The position numbers were made by a program, and so were the translations under genes. This document shows positions 36,510 to 48,987 of a stretch of DNA of 64,000 nucleotides, one piece after another. The notes under the pieces were generated by a model. It was not told the origin of the DNA, made no database searches, and saw only the letters and a program-made list of their open reading frames with translations. Positions within the stretch are counted from its first letter, which is position 1, and each line of letters begins with the position of its first letter. Source of the DNA: Octopus sinensis (Eukaryota). The stretch is from NCBI RefSeq assembly GCF_006345805.1, contig NW_021831989.1, forward strand, positions 248,001 to 312,000. Reading direction: 5' to 3'.

Positions 36510-36796
36510 CTGCAGGTTAATATGTAAAAAAACCAAAGTCATCCAAATGCTTGTTGTCATGTCCCTTCAATTTCGTTCAAATCCACGACTTGGACCAGTG
36601 ACAGGCCCATTGAGACCTTCACAATGTCACTTGAATTGGCAGTTGGGGATCCGTATATTCCCCGCTCTTCGTACTCCAATATCAGCTTGTTCAGCAATCT
36701 CTTCTCCGCGGGAATCCGCAATGACTCCAAACAGTCTATCCATTATATCCTCGCTATACCAGTCCTCAATGAACTCATTATCAACATTAATATCAT
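36510..36796 (-). pseudogene. Cys-loop (nicotinic acetylcholine receptor-like) subunit, 5' fragment with a frameshift
   Basis: After a 24-nt intron: signal-like MILMLIMSSL, then AEKRLLNKLILEYEERG...VKVSMGLSLVQVVDLNEIEG[1-nt shift near 36560]MTTSIWMTL. The expected WxDxxLxW and Cys-loop do not follow. Confidence 0.75.
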
Positions 36797-36999
36797 TTTG
36801 GCGGAAAATTAACTATCAACTGAAGAGTGTAATATATTTGCCCTAATTAGAAATAATTGATTTGGTGGATGATTACGTTGATATTAATTAGTTGATTGTT
36901 TGTTAATTTTTTTATTATTAAATGTGTGTGCATGTACAATTTTGATTATCTCTGTTTGAATAAAAGTAAAGAACGTATATTTACTTAAACTAATCCAAG

Positions 37000-37980
37000 C
37001 AATAGTTATATATTTCTTAGATTATGAGTGTTGCAATTTTAAGTCGCCTGCCCCTCGTTAGTTTTTTCTCCCGAATTAATTTTGAGACATCTGGTGGTTC
37101 CAGATCTATAGTCTCAGTCTGAGTATAGTTGTCATTATATTTTGCGTCCATAGGTTTATTCATTTGGGTTCCACTAGATACACTGCTTTTAAGGACTTCT
37201 GTTGGCAGAAGATTTTTCAAAACTGGAGTTAATAGTTTGCTGTTTTTTCCAAGCTGAGGTCACACTTTGGGCTTTCTTAGAGACCGTGTACAATCTGGAA
37301 TCAGAAGGCGGATTGGCTTCTGTAGTTTTGTTATTTTTCGCTAAGGGGCAGCCTCCGTATGTAGCCCAGTGTTCTGAGGATCCACAATTGATACAGAGTT
37401 TCGTGCTTCCTCTTGGATTTGGGCATTATTTTCTATGATGAGGACCGCCACAAGTTAAGGATCTTATTTCTGCTTAGCAATAACGTGCTATATGCCCGTA
37501 GGATTGGCATTTGTAACAACATTTGTAACAACAAAATCATTCGCAGTCAATTTTTCTGAAGATAATGTTTGTTCCCAGTCGGATTAATGAGTTTGCCTCA
37601 CCTCTCGAGAGGATAGTCAGCTTTTCTATTGGTAAATTTATTCCAGCCTTCATGAAACGTTTCACTTTAAATCCCAGTGAGAGTATCGTCGGAGATACTT
37701 TTCCAGTTCTTCATTACTTGGCCAGTATGGGATATTCTTTAAGAAGATCTCCGATGAATGTAACTAAACCTGTCGTATTTGATGGCAACCCGACCCAAAA
37801 GGTTTCAGCTCATCAAGCTCAATTTGGAAGTTATTAGCCTCCGCATGAAATCTGAACTCGAGTAAAAAGTGGGCCATTCATTTTGCGTGAAATTATTGCC
37901 TTTAGAACAGTTGCTGTATAGTATGTTGTATTTCACCACGTATTTGTCTGTTTATAGTCAGATGAAGTGGTAAAGTTTCA
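37000..37980 (-). mobile_element. Possible highly degenerate LTR-retroelement or integrase-like relic
   Basis: Intronless, higher-GC, stop-riddled frames with no convincing host gene model; no diagnostic motif recovered. Confidence 0.25.
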
Positions 37981-38337
37981 CGTGGAGTATCAGTATCATT
38001 GTTTTGAATGACAATGTTAGGATTAATTTGAGTGAGCACTTTATGTCCGGTATCTCTTTGCGAAAATAAACTTATCTTATTGTTACAATTGTTTAAAATA
38101 ATTACAATTTTTATAATAAAACTTTAGAAAACATTTAATTATAAATATTATTATTTTTTCAACTAAACGTTCAAAAAACTAAAATTTAGATAATTTAGAT
38201 AATCAAACTATTTTAATTAATTATAAATTTTAACAATTTTTTATATATTATTATAAGTGTTTATTTATAATAATTTATTTTAATTTGGACAGCCTATTTT
38301 TATTAATAAAATACATTATACCAGCAGCCGTTTTAAA

Positions 38338-38771
38338 ATGGTTGATCATATGTATTCTGCTTCAAGCAATCCTGACGATTGTTCAGTACTTGTATATTTA
38401 CATGATAAAAACATACTAGCCACCTGATGTGGCTTTTAGTACTGCCTACATGCCAGATATAGAAAAGAGAAAATGTCATTTTTTATTCTTCGATTTTGAA
38501 GAAGGAAATTTCTGGAAAGTAAATCCCGAAGATCCTAAATTTCGTCGATTCATCAATTATAAAGAATTCAAACAATTCTATAATGTAATTTCACTGTAAT
38601 GTAGATATTTATTAGACTGTGCCGGTATTCAATGAATTCTATGGTCGCTTCGAATTCTATTCAAACGATCAGACTTTTATCACAAATTTCGTTTTTGAAC
38701 TTGAAAAACCGTCCAAAAAATTAACCAAAAAAGAACGAGCTAAATACGAAATTGTTAATCGATGCGAATAA
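38338..38771 (+). CDS. Hypothetical protein of about 125 aa; 2 introns
   Basis: ATG...TAA open frame after removing GT-AG introns of 27 and 31 nt: MVDHMYSASSNPDDCSVLPPDVAF...FELEKPSKKLTKKERAKYEIVNRCE. No family recognised. Confidence 0.55.
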
Positions 38772-39479
38772 TGTTTTCGTTGCTTAAAAAATCTTTTATT
38801 TGGTTATTTTAGACTAATTTTTGTAGTTAGTTTTTTTTTAATTATTTTTGGGAAATTTCAAAAAAATAGTTAATCAATATAGGTAGGAACTAACATAGAA
38901 ATGTGGAACTAAATAGTTAATTTGAAATTAAAATAATTTGTTCAGCACTCTTAAAAAATAAAAAACTTGAACAATTAACTTTTAGTTGCCTTCATACAAT
39001 TAACCTATAAGAATTGAATTTTGGACAGTCAGAACTGTGCCTCATTAAAATATGACGTCAGGTTTACTCTCTTCAGCTTTATTGCCTGATTTTTAAGAGA
39101 ACAGTGCTCGGGATCTCTGGAAGCGACTATTAATAGATGTCTTTCCCAATAATTCATAGCTTTCCATATGATAGTTAATTTAAGCAAAAAACTAGACACG
39201 AATTAGTTCGGATCAGTGTTTGTTTAATGTTTGGTATACAAATGTGTCATTTTTCGCTACCATTGTTGGAAGCAAATTTTACGTTAGCGAACCGATGGTC
39301 TCTCTGTCAAACGCGTAAGGGTAAAAATCCTCGAACTCATCTTTTAGTAACAGTACAAAGGGCTCTCTATCTATTGGTTTCCCGTCGATACTGAACTTAA
39401 CAGATCCGAAAAAAAATTATATGGAATGACAATATTCTTTTTCTTTGAATACAGGTTTTTCGTCTAGGATGTTGCATGT

Positions 39480-40670
39480 TTCGATACCTTCTGAAACAAA
39501 AATATTAAAGAATAAATGCAAAACCGTATTGAAAAGTTATCGGAAACTAAATTAAACTCAGTCAATTTATTTAAAGCAGTCAATGAACATGCTCTATCAT
39601 TGTGCAATTACTATATTGGACTCATTGACTTAGAACCCTGTGAATTTGAAGAAATTGATAAATTAGTCAGAAAAATACTTATGAATTTGAATGTGCATAT
39701 GAAACCAGCTTGCAAAGAGAGACTTTACTTACCGAGAAATATGTTTGGAAGGGGATTGATATCTATCACTTTCAAAGCGGAGAAAATGTTGCTTGATTTC
39801 AAAACAAGTCTGGAAAGGCGAAAATTTACTTCTCTGAGGAGTGCAGGAATTCTGTGGGCTGAACAACAAAGAAAGTCACATATGGCCACAATCACAGAAT
39901 TCTTGCGAATAAAATATGAATCAAGCCAGCACATTGAACAAACACTAAAGAGTCTGCAGATTGAGTGTCTCTTATCAGCTATTAAAAAGAAAACTCTCCA
40001 TTCAAAATTATTTGAATCACTTAATAATGAGACTTTCGATATACAGACATCCTCAAAATGGATTGTAAAAGAAAATATTTCCCCTAAATCTGAAGCCATG
40101 TTCTTCCTTTTGCAGGACAGGAGTTGACACTACTATCCCTACCGAATCAAAAATTCAACAAGCCGGACATTTTCCTATACGACAAAAAATTAAACCAGAT
40201 ATGGCTAATAGAGATTGGAGTGACGTGTGTGGATAATTTAAAAGCAGTTGAAGTTGAAAAACTTCATAAATATGATATCCTGGCAAGTGAATTAGAAATC
40301 ATTTACAAAGCCAAAGTCAAAATACTTCCGATTGTCATTACCTGAAATGCGATCACCTCCAAGTATTTTAAAATATACATGGATTGGCATTAAAGACAGT
40401 GTTCTGGCATACATCCAAACGATTGCATTAAAGAAGACGTTGGAAGGAATGTTCGTAGAACATAAACATGGTTTCGAAGACGTAATGACTAAAGCATTGA
40501 TTCTCAACAAAGATTATGCAGTGTGGAACACTCACCAAAGGGGAGCTAACTCGATGAAGAGGAGACATGATGAGGTGACAGAAAACGAATACTCTGAGGA
40601 AGGACAAAATAATAGCAAAGGTGATGGTCCTGTTCAGAGAGGCCCGGGAACAGTAAATTGGAAATTTTAA
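39480..40670 (+). mobile_element. R4/Dong-like REL-endonuclease non-LTR retrotransposon, 5'-truncated and internally deleted
   Basis: KERLYLPRNMFGRGL, LLQDR joined directly to VDT...NKPDIF...LIEIGVT...EKLHKYDIL (PD-(D/E)xK endonuclease); the CCHC region is missing. Confidence 0.85.
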
Positions 40671-40761
40671 TTAATCTAACTTTTAATTCACGCCTTGTTG
40701 CAATAATTTATTTTTAATAAAATAATCTTTATGGAAACTGTAACGTGGGACCTCTAGCTTA

Positions 40762-42113
40762 ATGTCTGACTCCGACGTGGATTATGATTTTTCTGAAATA
40801 AACGAAGACTCCTTATTTGTCATAGAAGATGGTAATTTAAAATATTAATAATACAGAATTTGTGGATCAAGATGAAGCTGTTGACGATACTTTGGAATAT
40901 TCCCATATTTTTAGTGGCCATACAAGTCAGTCAGTTCCTTTTACCTCACTAGATGAGGTTTATTGTTTGGCCGTCTCTCAGAAGCTCGGCCTAGCGGTGA
41001 CAGGAGGAGCTGACGACTGTGGAATAGTCTGGAATATTCTAGATTGTTCTATAAAATTTAAATGTCAAGGTTTATTAGTCAACATAACTAATATTAATTA
41101 ATTAAAATTATTATTTATTAATATAAAAAAATATTAATCAAAATAGGACATATTGACTCTGTTGTGGCAGCAGAGTTTCATGAGGGGGGAAAGGTTTTAT
41201 TCACTGCTGACATGATGGGGAAGATTCAGCTCTGGAAAGTGGAAAATGGCCAATTTTTATCAACTTTTAGCATTTCAGAGACTCTTTTGGTGAGTCGAAT
41301 TATTCATTTTAGTGGTGTATTTGGCTTCCTCTCTCCCAGGAACTCATGGCAGGGTCCACTGACGGGACAGTCTGGTTTTTCCACCCCCAAAAAAACCAAT
41401 CCACCTGTCTTCCCTACATTTCCACTCCTTGTGGAGTAGCCCGTGCATTTATAACAGGGAATGAGGAGGTGAAGGTAGTTTTGGGGTACGAAGACGGAGT
41501 TGTGGGAGTTTATGATTGTAAAAACAGTCTTTTAACCACCAAATTCACACAACGTTGTTTATTTCCCGCCATTTTTAGTAATTGGGAAAAATCCTGTGAC
41601 AAGTGTGGCTTGCCATGTGAGCGGGAAATTGGTGGCGGGAGGGGACAGTTCTGGGGTTGTGAGATTTCTGTTGTTGCCCGACAAGGTGTTGAGAGAATAT
41701 CAGATTGAGGGAAGTGGGGATTTGACTGTCGAGGGACTTGAATTTGTAAAAAATGAGCTCGATTTGCTGGTTTGTTTGGCCAACTGTGGCAGTGTGGTGT
41801 GCTTTGATGTGGAGAAGTCTGTGATTCGATATAAAGTCGACTTGGGGGTTTGGATTGGCTTGTTTTTGTAGGTTTTTGTGACAAAATTGGTTATTTTTCG
41901 GGATGTTTGTTTTGTTTCCTCGCAATGTGGGAAAGTTATACTACTGGCGAGTTTGAGTGGTGATGAAATGAGGAGTATTGACCTACATCATGAGCCTATC
42001 ACTGATTTTTCTGTTTTTTGGTTTAATTTTGACTTATTTTCAGTGCCCTTGGCAATAGACTGTGTGTTGTCACGTGCTCTATGGATAAAACTGCTCGAGT
42101 TATGTTTGATTGA
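40762..42113 (+). CDS. AAMP: WD40 protein AAMP/Sqt1 (uL16 chaperone)
   Basis: Acidic N-terminus, FSGHT|DEVYCL, AVTGGADD, GHIDSVVAAEF, TADMMGKIQLW, AGSTDGTVW, HHEPITDF, SMDKTARV. Confidence 0.8.
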
Positions 42114-42260
42114 TTTATATTTTATTATTTTTTGATATTATTGTTATTTTAAATTAATTAATTTAAACTTTGAATTATGTTGATTGAAATTTTTATAATA
42201 AAATTCGCGGGTTTTTTTTAACTCTTTGTCTGTTGTGGTGGTATCACTTTTTTAGCAAAA

Positions 42261-44454
42261 ATGAAAAAAATTTTAAATGTGGCAGAAAAAAATGATGCCG
42301 CAAAAACATTAGCTAGAATCATGTCGAATAACACAACAACTCGAGTTTAAATCTAAACTAAAATCTCTAGAGAACCACAGCAGCCAAATATAACAACATT
42401 TATCAATTCAAATATAAGCTACGTGGGACAGACACTCAAATGTTCATGACATCGGTCAGTGGGCACCTCAGTAACCTCGACTTTCCCTCCACGTACAGAA
42501 ATTGGTTATCCATCACTGTGATATTACTAAATAGGAACAATTCAAGCCCACGTGACTTATTTCGGAGTCCAGTGGTGATCCAGTACAACGAATACAACAA
42601 TATCCTTAAAAACATGTTACAAAGAGAAGCCAGATTGTGCTCCCATCTCATAATATGGACTGACTGTGACCGAGAAGGGGAACATATTGGCAATGAAGTC
42701 GTCAATGTTTGTCTTGAAGGTATTATTCCCACATAAAACAAGCAAATCCACAAATGGATGTAAAAAGAGCGCGCTTTTCTGAAATGACGACGAGGTTTTA
42801 AAGTGGTTAACCACAGTATAGAGCAGTGAATTATGCAATGAACAACCTCACGGAAATTAACCAAAATATGGTCGACGCGGTAAAATGTCGGACAGAACTG
42901 GACTTGAGAATTGGGTCTGCTTTTACCCGCCTTCAAACAATGGAGTTACGAAAGAACATTCCAGAACTAAAGGACAGCCTTATTAGCTACGGGCCTTGCC
43001 AGTTCCCCACTCTGGGCTTAGTGGTACGTCGCTACAAGGAAATTCTCAATTTCATTTCTGAGCCATTTTGGACTATTCAAAGTTTTTTTTGAGTAATTTA
43101 ATTTTTTGACAGTTTTATACAGGCAGGATGACATTGATGTTGTTTTTCACTGGAAAAGGTGAATTTTTGTGTGAATGAGACTTTTAGAGGGCGGGTTTTT
43201 GATGAAAGTATTTCCCGCGCTTTTTATGATCAGTGCACTGAGGTTAGCCGAATAAAATAATATTAAAGACCAATCAAGTACTAATTCGGTCAGTAGAAAG
43301 AAAAAGTGCAGTAAAAAAGCGGCCTGTTGCAATGGACACAGTGGTAAACCTGTTTGGGTGTAGATTTGGTAGGAAATGGAAAAATTGGGTTGTTCCCGCC
43401 TAAAGATGTCAGCAAAGCAAGTCATGGCCACTGCAGAGAAGCTTTATCGGGACGGATTTATTTCATATCCTCGGACAGAAACGAATCAGTTCGCAGAAGG
43501 ACTCGATCTTCAGGGATCAGTTCAAAACCAACTCAAAGACCCGGCTTGGAAAGATTTTTGTAGAGGTTTGTTGGAGGCAGGGATTAGTCCACGTAATGGA
43601 AACAAGACAGACAAAGCTCACCCTCCAATCCACCCAATAAAGAGTGGAGAATCACTACAAGTGTACATTTATAAGGTTTACTGCCAGGGAGATGAAAGAA
43701 GACTTTATGAGCTTATTACCCGCCATTTTCTGGCATGTGTGTCCTCGGATGCTCGGGGATTTGAGACTAAAGTCACTGCGGAGATGAATTCTGAACAAGT
43801 TGGGTCATTTTTTGGGATTAAATAGTTTAATGCGAGTGGACTGATCATTACGGAGAGAAATTATTTGGAAATATATCCATACCAGTCTTGGAATGCCAAA
43901 AAATTGCCAAATTTTGAGCAAAATTCGACTTTTGTGCCCAACGAGGTGAAAATTGTTGGCGGGAAAACAAGTCCGCCGGCACTACTCTCGGAAAGTGACT
44001 TGATAGCGTTGATGGAGAAACACGGAATTGGTTTTTTGTGTGTGGAATGAGTGGAAGGGACGGATGCCACCCACTCCGAGCACATTGAGAAGATTAAAAG
44101 TCGTTCTTATGTGGGACTCAATGAAAGTCTTCGATTTCTTCCAGGAAAGTTGGGAATGGCTCTTGTTGATGGTACGTGGTGTGTATTTATGTGAAGGGTA
44201 TTCGAGTATTGGGCTGGAGATGGCATTGCCTGATAAGCGGGCTCAGTTGGAGCAGCAATTGGAGGGGATAAGCAGTGGTAGACTCACTAAGGCCGGTTAG
44301 GATGGTGGATTATATTTAGATGTTTTGAACGAACAGGTGGCTGTGTTTGAAGAGTTGTATGACATGGCTACTGCTAAGGTCACCTGCTTTTATTATGTGT
44401 TAGTTCTCGCGTTTTAAGGAGTATATTCACTCTTATTTGACTGCCAATGACTGA
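42261..44454 (+). CDS. TOP3A: DNA topoisomerase III alpha, catalytic core only; about 14 short introns
   Basis: LNVAEKNDAAK, TSVSGHL, WTDCDREGEHIG, ELDLRIGSAFTRLQT, SYGPCQFPTLG, GFISYPRTET (catalytic Tyr), AHPPIHP, HGIGTDATHSEHI. Confidence 0.95.
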
Positions 44455-44630
44455 AGTTATTTTTATTATTTTGAATGAATTTTGTTACTTTTTTATATTA
44501 AATAAATTTCCACGAAAAATAATTAAGAATATGCGAAATATTCAAAAACTGTGTCAATTAATTTTAAATTTATTGAGTTCTGACCGCAAATATTTTTATA
44601 TAAATTTAGGTGAAAATAAAACGAAAGAAA

Positions 44631-46038
44631 ATGTCGTCTGACGCAGTTAGTGAGACTAATCCGCTTTCAATGTTTGATTTGATGAATCTCTATGAACAAG
44701 ATCAAAATCCAAACAAACTAAATTTGACTATTGGAGGTGAGTTTTTCTTCCCTATGTTCACAGTTTGCATGGATGACGAAAGCCGTGTCTTTCAGTTTAA
44801 AGTTGTGAGAGAAGTGGCCCGGTCTCTTATAAACAGCGATGACTTTGATTACAAATATCTAGGCGTGTCTGGCCACCTCGGATTGACTCCTTTGGCCAAG
44901 GCTCTGGTTTTTGGACAAGACAGTAAAGCCCTAAAAGAAAACAGAGTATTCAAAATCGTTAATTTCGTAAGATAAGTGCTACTCAATCGATCGGGGGAGG
45001 AGGTGCTCTGAATCTTGGAGCACATCTTTTAGTAAATATGTATTCTGTGTCCAAAATATATGTCCCAAATCCTACATGGAGTAATGGTCATAGTTAACAA
45101 ACTAGATGTGCACTATGAAATATTCAATCCTGTTTTTGATAAGGTTTTAAGTTATCAATTCTATGACTACGAGAACCAAACAGTTACTTTTGAAGAATTG
45201 ATCAAAGACATGAAAGTTTGATGTTACAAATTATTCGTTTATAGAACATGGAAACGAATTCTGCTGTTCTTTTGCACGTTTGTTGTCACAATCCAACCGG
45301 AGGTCGTCTTTCTAAGGATCAGTGGTCGCAGATAATGACTTTGATTAAAGTAAAATTCACAAAAATTATTTAAAGGAAAAAAACTTGTATCCCTACTTTG
45401 ATATAGCGTATCAGGGATTCGGAGAAGGATTAGAAGCTGATGCTTTGCCAGTCCGGATGTTTGTGGAAGCTGGCATTGAATGCAGCGTGGCTCAAACTTT
45501 TTCCAAAAATTTTGGAATTTATGGTATTTTATGCATTTTATGTAAGGTGAACGAATTGGATACATTTTTACAGTTTTAAACGACGCTTCTCAAGTTAAGA
45601 AAGTCCAATCTATTGTGGAAAGTGTATCCTCTAAATCATATGCAATCCCGCCTTCTTTTGGAGCTAAAATTGTGTATGAAATCCTTCGAGATGAAGAACT
45701 CAAGTCTCGATGGTTTATGTGACATATTGTATGATTAGGATTCAAGAACTGACAGATTACAGATTGAGGATGTCAAACCTTCGTACTGCGCTTAAAAAAA
45801 GTTTGGAAACAAAAATTCCAAATAAAAATTTCGATTTTATTGTCAAAAACGATGGATTATTTGTCAGTTTTAAATTTAAAGGCATTTGAACATAGGAAAT
45901 ATTATTTTAGGAAATGAAGCCAAAATTCTGCGCGAAAAATATAATATTTACATCTTAGAATACGGACGTATAAATTTGAGCGGAATGACACAAAAAAACG
46001 TCGAATATTTCTCTGAGGCACTTGCAACTGTTCTTTAG
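44631..46038 (+). CDS. Aspartate aminotransferase-family (GOT1-like) PLP enzyme, divergent
   Basis: KLNLTIG, NPTW, CHNPTG, FDIAYQGF, TFSKNFGIYGERIG (PLP lysine) and GRINLSG; about 9 short introns. Confidence 0.9.
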
Positions 46039-46927
46039 ATATACTAACATTTACTTTTCTGTGTTTCTAACAACCTTTATGCAAGATTTTGAAAATTTCT
46101 TTTCCTTATTTGCAGAATTTGTTTTTTAATGAAGAATTCATATCTGGGTCAAATTGTGGTGTGGATTTGATTAAGGAATTTTTCGAAGATAGAAAATAGA
46201 AAGGCCAAAAAAGTTCAATAAGCCAGGATTGATGAAAATGAAGCAGACAAATTGGAAGCTCCTTCTAAAGGAGTAATATTTCCGATCGGAACTTAATGAA
46301 ATTTAGGTAGAGTTTATAATATTTTAATTTTATCGAATTTTCAGAATTGCTTCAGATCACCAAAGAAGGCCTCGTTAGTTATAATCAAAGGCAATTTCTA
46401 AATTATTTGTATTAATTTTCATTATGATAGTATTGAAGTATAAAGAAGTTTAATTAAATTTTTTGCATTGATGAGGATTTGAGAATATCATGTATTGTAA
46501 TTTAAGATGGGTAAATCGAAAATTAATTATATATTTGTCTGCATTTGCGGGTATCCATTCTTGCAAATTAAACAAAATTACCTTAAAAACAGGTTTTTAA
46601 TTTAAAACTCTACCGAAAAACGAAATCTAGCAAACTTGATACGGTGACTACTTTTGATAACCTAGTTGGATTGGGACTGGGTGCAAATCTCTACGTCTGC
46701 GTATTGATATCTGCTCCACGTACGCCTACTATTAAGACCGTTCTGTCGGTCAAAATAAATTACACTTCCCACTTTATAAACTTTTAGAGATCGGCAGAAG
46801 CTTAAAACTACTGATGGAATTGTATTATTATATTTCTATCTATCAAATATAAAATTTATATCAGAAATATATTGAAATATTTATCATTGTTATCAAAATT
46901 TTATTAAAATCTTGTTTTTCAAAATAA

Positions 46928-47285
46928 TTATTCCACATATGACAAATGAATTATTGTGTTAGCGAACAATCCGTCATTTGAGTATAAGCAACTGATAATT
47001 TTATCGGTTTCATTATTGCCAAGAAAACCCGACGAACAAATGGCTTGAGCATTTTTATTCGGCCCAATCGTAACCAAAACGACAATTTTGAACCTTTCAG
47101 AAATTGAGATATTTAATAATTTTTTAATATCGTTTGATAAACTTATTGCAAATTCAGCGCTTCTTGTTTGATCATACGTTTGATTTGATAGAACTTGGAT
47201 CATCAGGGAATTTATTTCTTTTTTCGATAATTCCTCGTCAAAAACTATTCCTTTGATAGATAAACATACTTTTAGATTTTTTCAT
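46928..47285 (-). CDS. Tctex1-domain dynein light chain
   Basis: VLSNQTYD...LSNDIKKLL...ERFKIVVLVTIG...ETDKIIS..YSNDGLFA is the Tctex-1 pattern. The start at 47285 requires a 19-nt intron. Confidence 0.8.
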
Positions 47286-48470
47286 GTTGTTTCCTGATTT
47301 TGTAAAAGCAGAGTTCTATTTGTATTAGAAAAATTTTAATTATGAATTTTTTAAAAAATTATAATTTTTACCATCACAATCTGTATATTAACATAAAGTC
47401 TCAAATCAACGGTAATTACTTATAAATATGTTAAATGGAAAATTAAATCGCCGATTTATCGATTAACTTGGAATGGAATTAATTTTATTGTATGAGCAGC
47501 GGTTCTAATTTGTTAAAGTGTTGATTATTTTATTAAAAACACTAATAATTGAGTTATCAAATACCAGTGGTTAATATTCAGGTTATCAGTGCTTTTTTGT
47601 AATTTTTAATTGTTTTAATAATGTTGTCGTGGCCACGTGATTGCTAATAGTGATATTAACCGCAAAAAAACACAAAAAATTCCATGTACGCGTCACTCTC
47701 GTCAATCATTTTTGATGTGAGATAATCGATTATAATAGTTCAGATCAAAACTACCTTGATTCTATCTGCATTTACTGAAAATCGGTAAAAAAACAATAAA
47801 ATTATTATATTCCATGTCATATTTGGAGATCTTTCGAAAAATAGCTTAAGCCGGAATCTATTTTCCTTATAATTTCATAATTGATGTAAAATCAATTATT
47901 CAGGTAAAGTTGTATTATTCTTGTACTTATAAAATTAGAGCTTAAGTCAAACTTTAATTTTTGCTAGCATCCAATCAAGTGAACAGTTAACAAAAATATA
48001 TTCAATAATCAATTCGTCACATATTTAAACAGATTATCTATCATTTTTACAAAAAATCTTAGTTTAAAAAGTCTTTTCTAATTCTGTTTGGTGCTAAATC
48101 TATATTCGAGAACCTATATTCGGTTTAGTGTACCTGAGGCACTGATCAAAGCAGAGACTACTAAAGAATCAACTTACTTTCAGTGACTTGTCAACCTACG
48201 TCATTTTTCGACTGGACTTATATTTGAAGCCTTGAGAAATTCTAATTTATGGTTATCACATATATTATTCTCGACTCTCTTTAGTTTAAAGTAATTTCAT
48301 AAAGAATAAAAAATTCGACCAGCGAACCTTAACATTCGTTTTCTGTATGAATAATTAAAACCAAGTTCGAATTTCGAGAAATAGTAAATAAAAATGTTAG
48401 TTATTCTATTTTTAATCGTTAGCCTTTTATTTGTTAAATTTAAAAAATAACAAATTAGTGTGCATTAATT

Positions 48471-48987
48471 TTAAAATGTTATGTATCTCAGAGTCTCCAG
48501 TTTTTCATTTATTACTTGATAAAGAAAGTCGTTTGACGGTCCTCCAGTCGAGATTCTAAAATAAACCAGACAATATCAACTTAAATCTAGTTTTTCTTCC
48601 CTCAATAGTGTAATAAATTTCCACATGATTAACCTTTAATCAAAAAATATAATCGATACCATCGGGGAATATCGGTTTACGAAAAAATAGAAATAAATAT
48701 TTACTGTCGCTTTCACAATCGGAAAACGCTTGTTTGGAGTGCTCCATTTAATTCTGAATAAATACATGTCTTGGAATTCCATTTTTTCTTGTTTTATAAA
48801 ATCAAGGCAGTACAGCCACTCGTCTCCGCATTTCCACGTCTTTCGTATTTAAATCAATGTTACTTTCACATATTCGATAATAAGATTTTCCGCTTTTTTA
48901 ACTGTAAAATTGCTTCGTGTGAGTTCTTGAAATGGAATTTGACTCTCTAAGCAAAACAATTGTTTATATTAAACCTGTTTCACTCAT
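48471..48987 (-). CDS. AKAP14: AKAP14/AKAP28-like ciliary protein; 4 short introns
   Basis: SNFTVKKAENLIIEYV|KTWKCGDEWLYCLDFI...YLFRIKWSTPNKRFPI...IYYTIEG is colinear with the AKAP28 domain as I recall it. Confidence 0.65.

Noticed and set aside
46040-46520. Possible small minus-strand gene convergent with GOT
   Set aside because: Splice-like sites exist but no start-to-stop model or known motif could be built.
47680-48360. Possible plus-strand gene between the Tctex1 and AKAP14 genes
   Set aside because: GT-AG-like segments are present but every frame tested hits stops.
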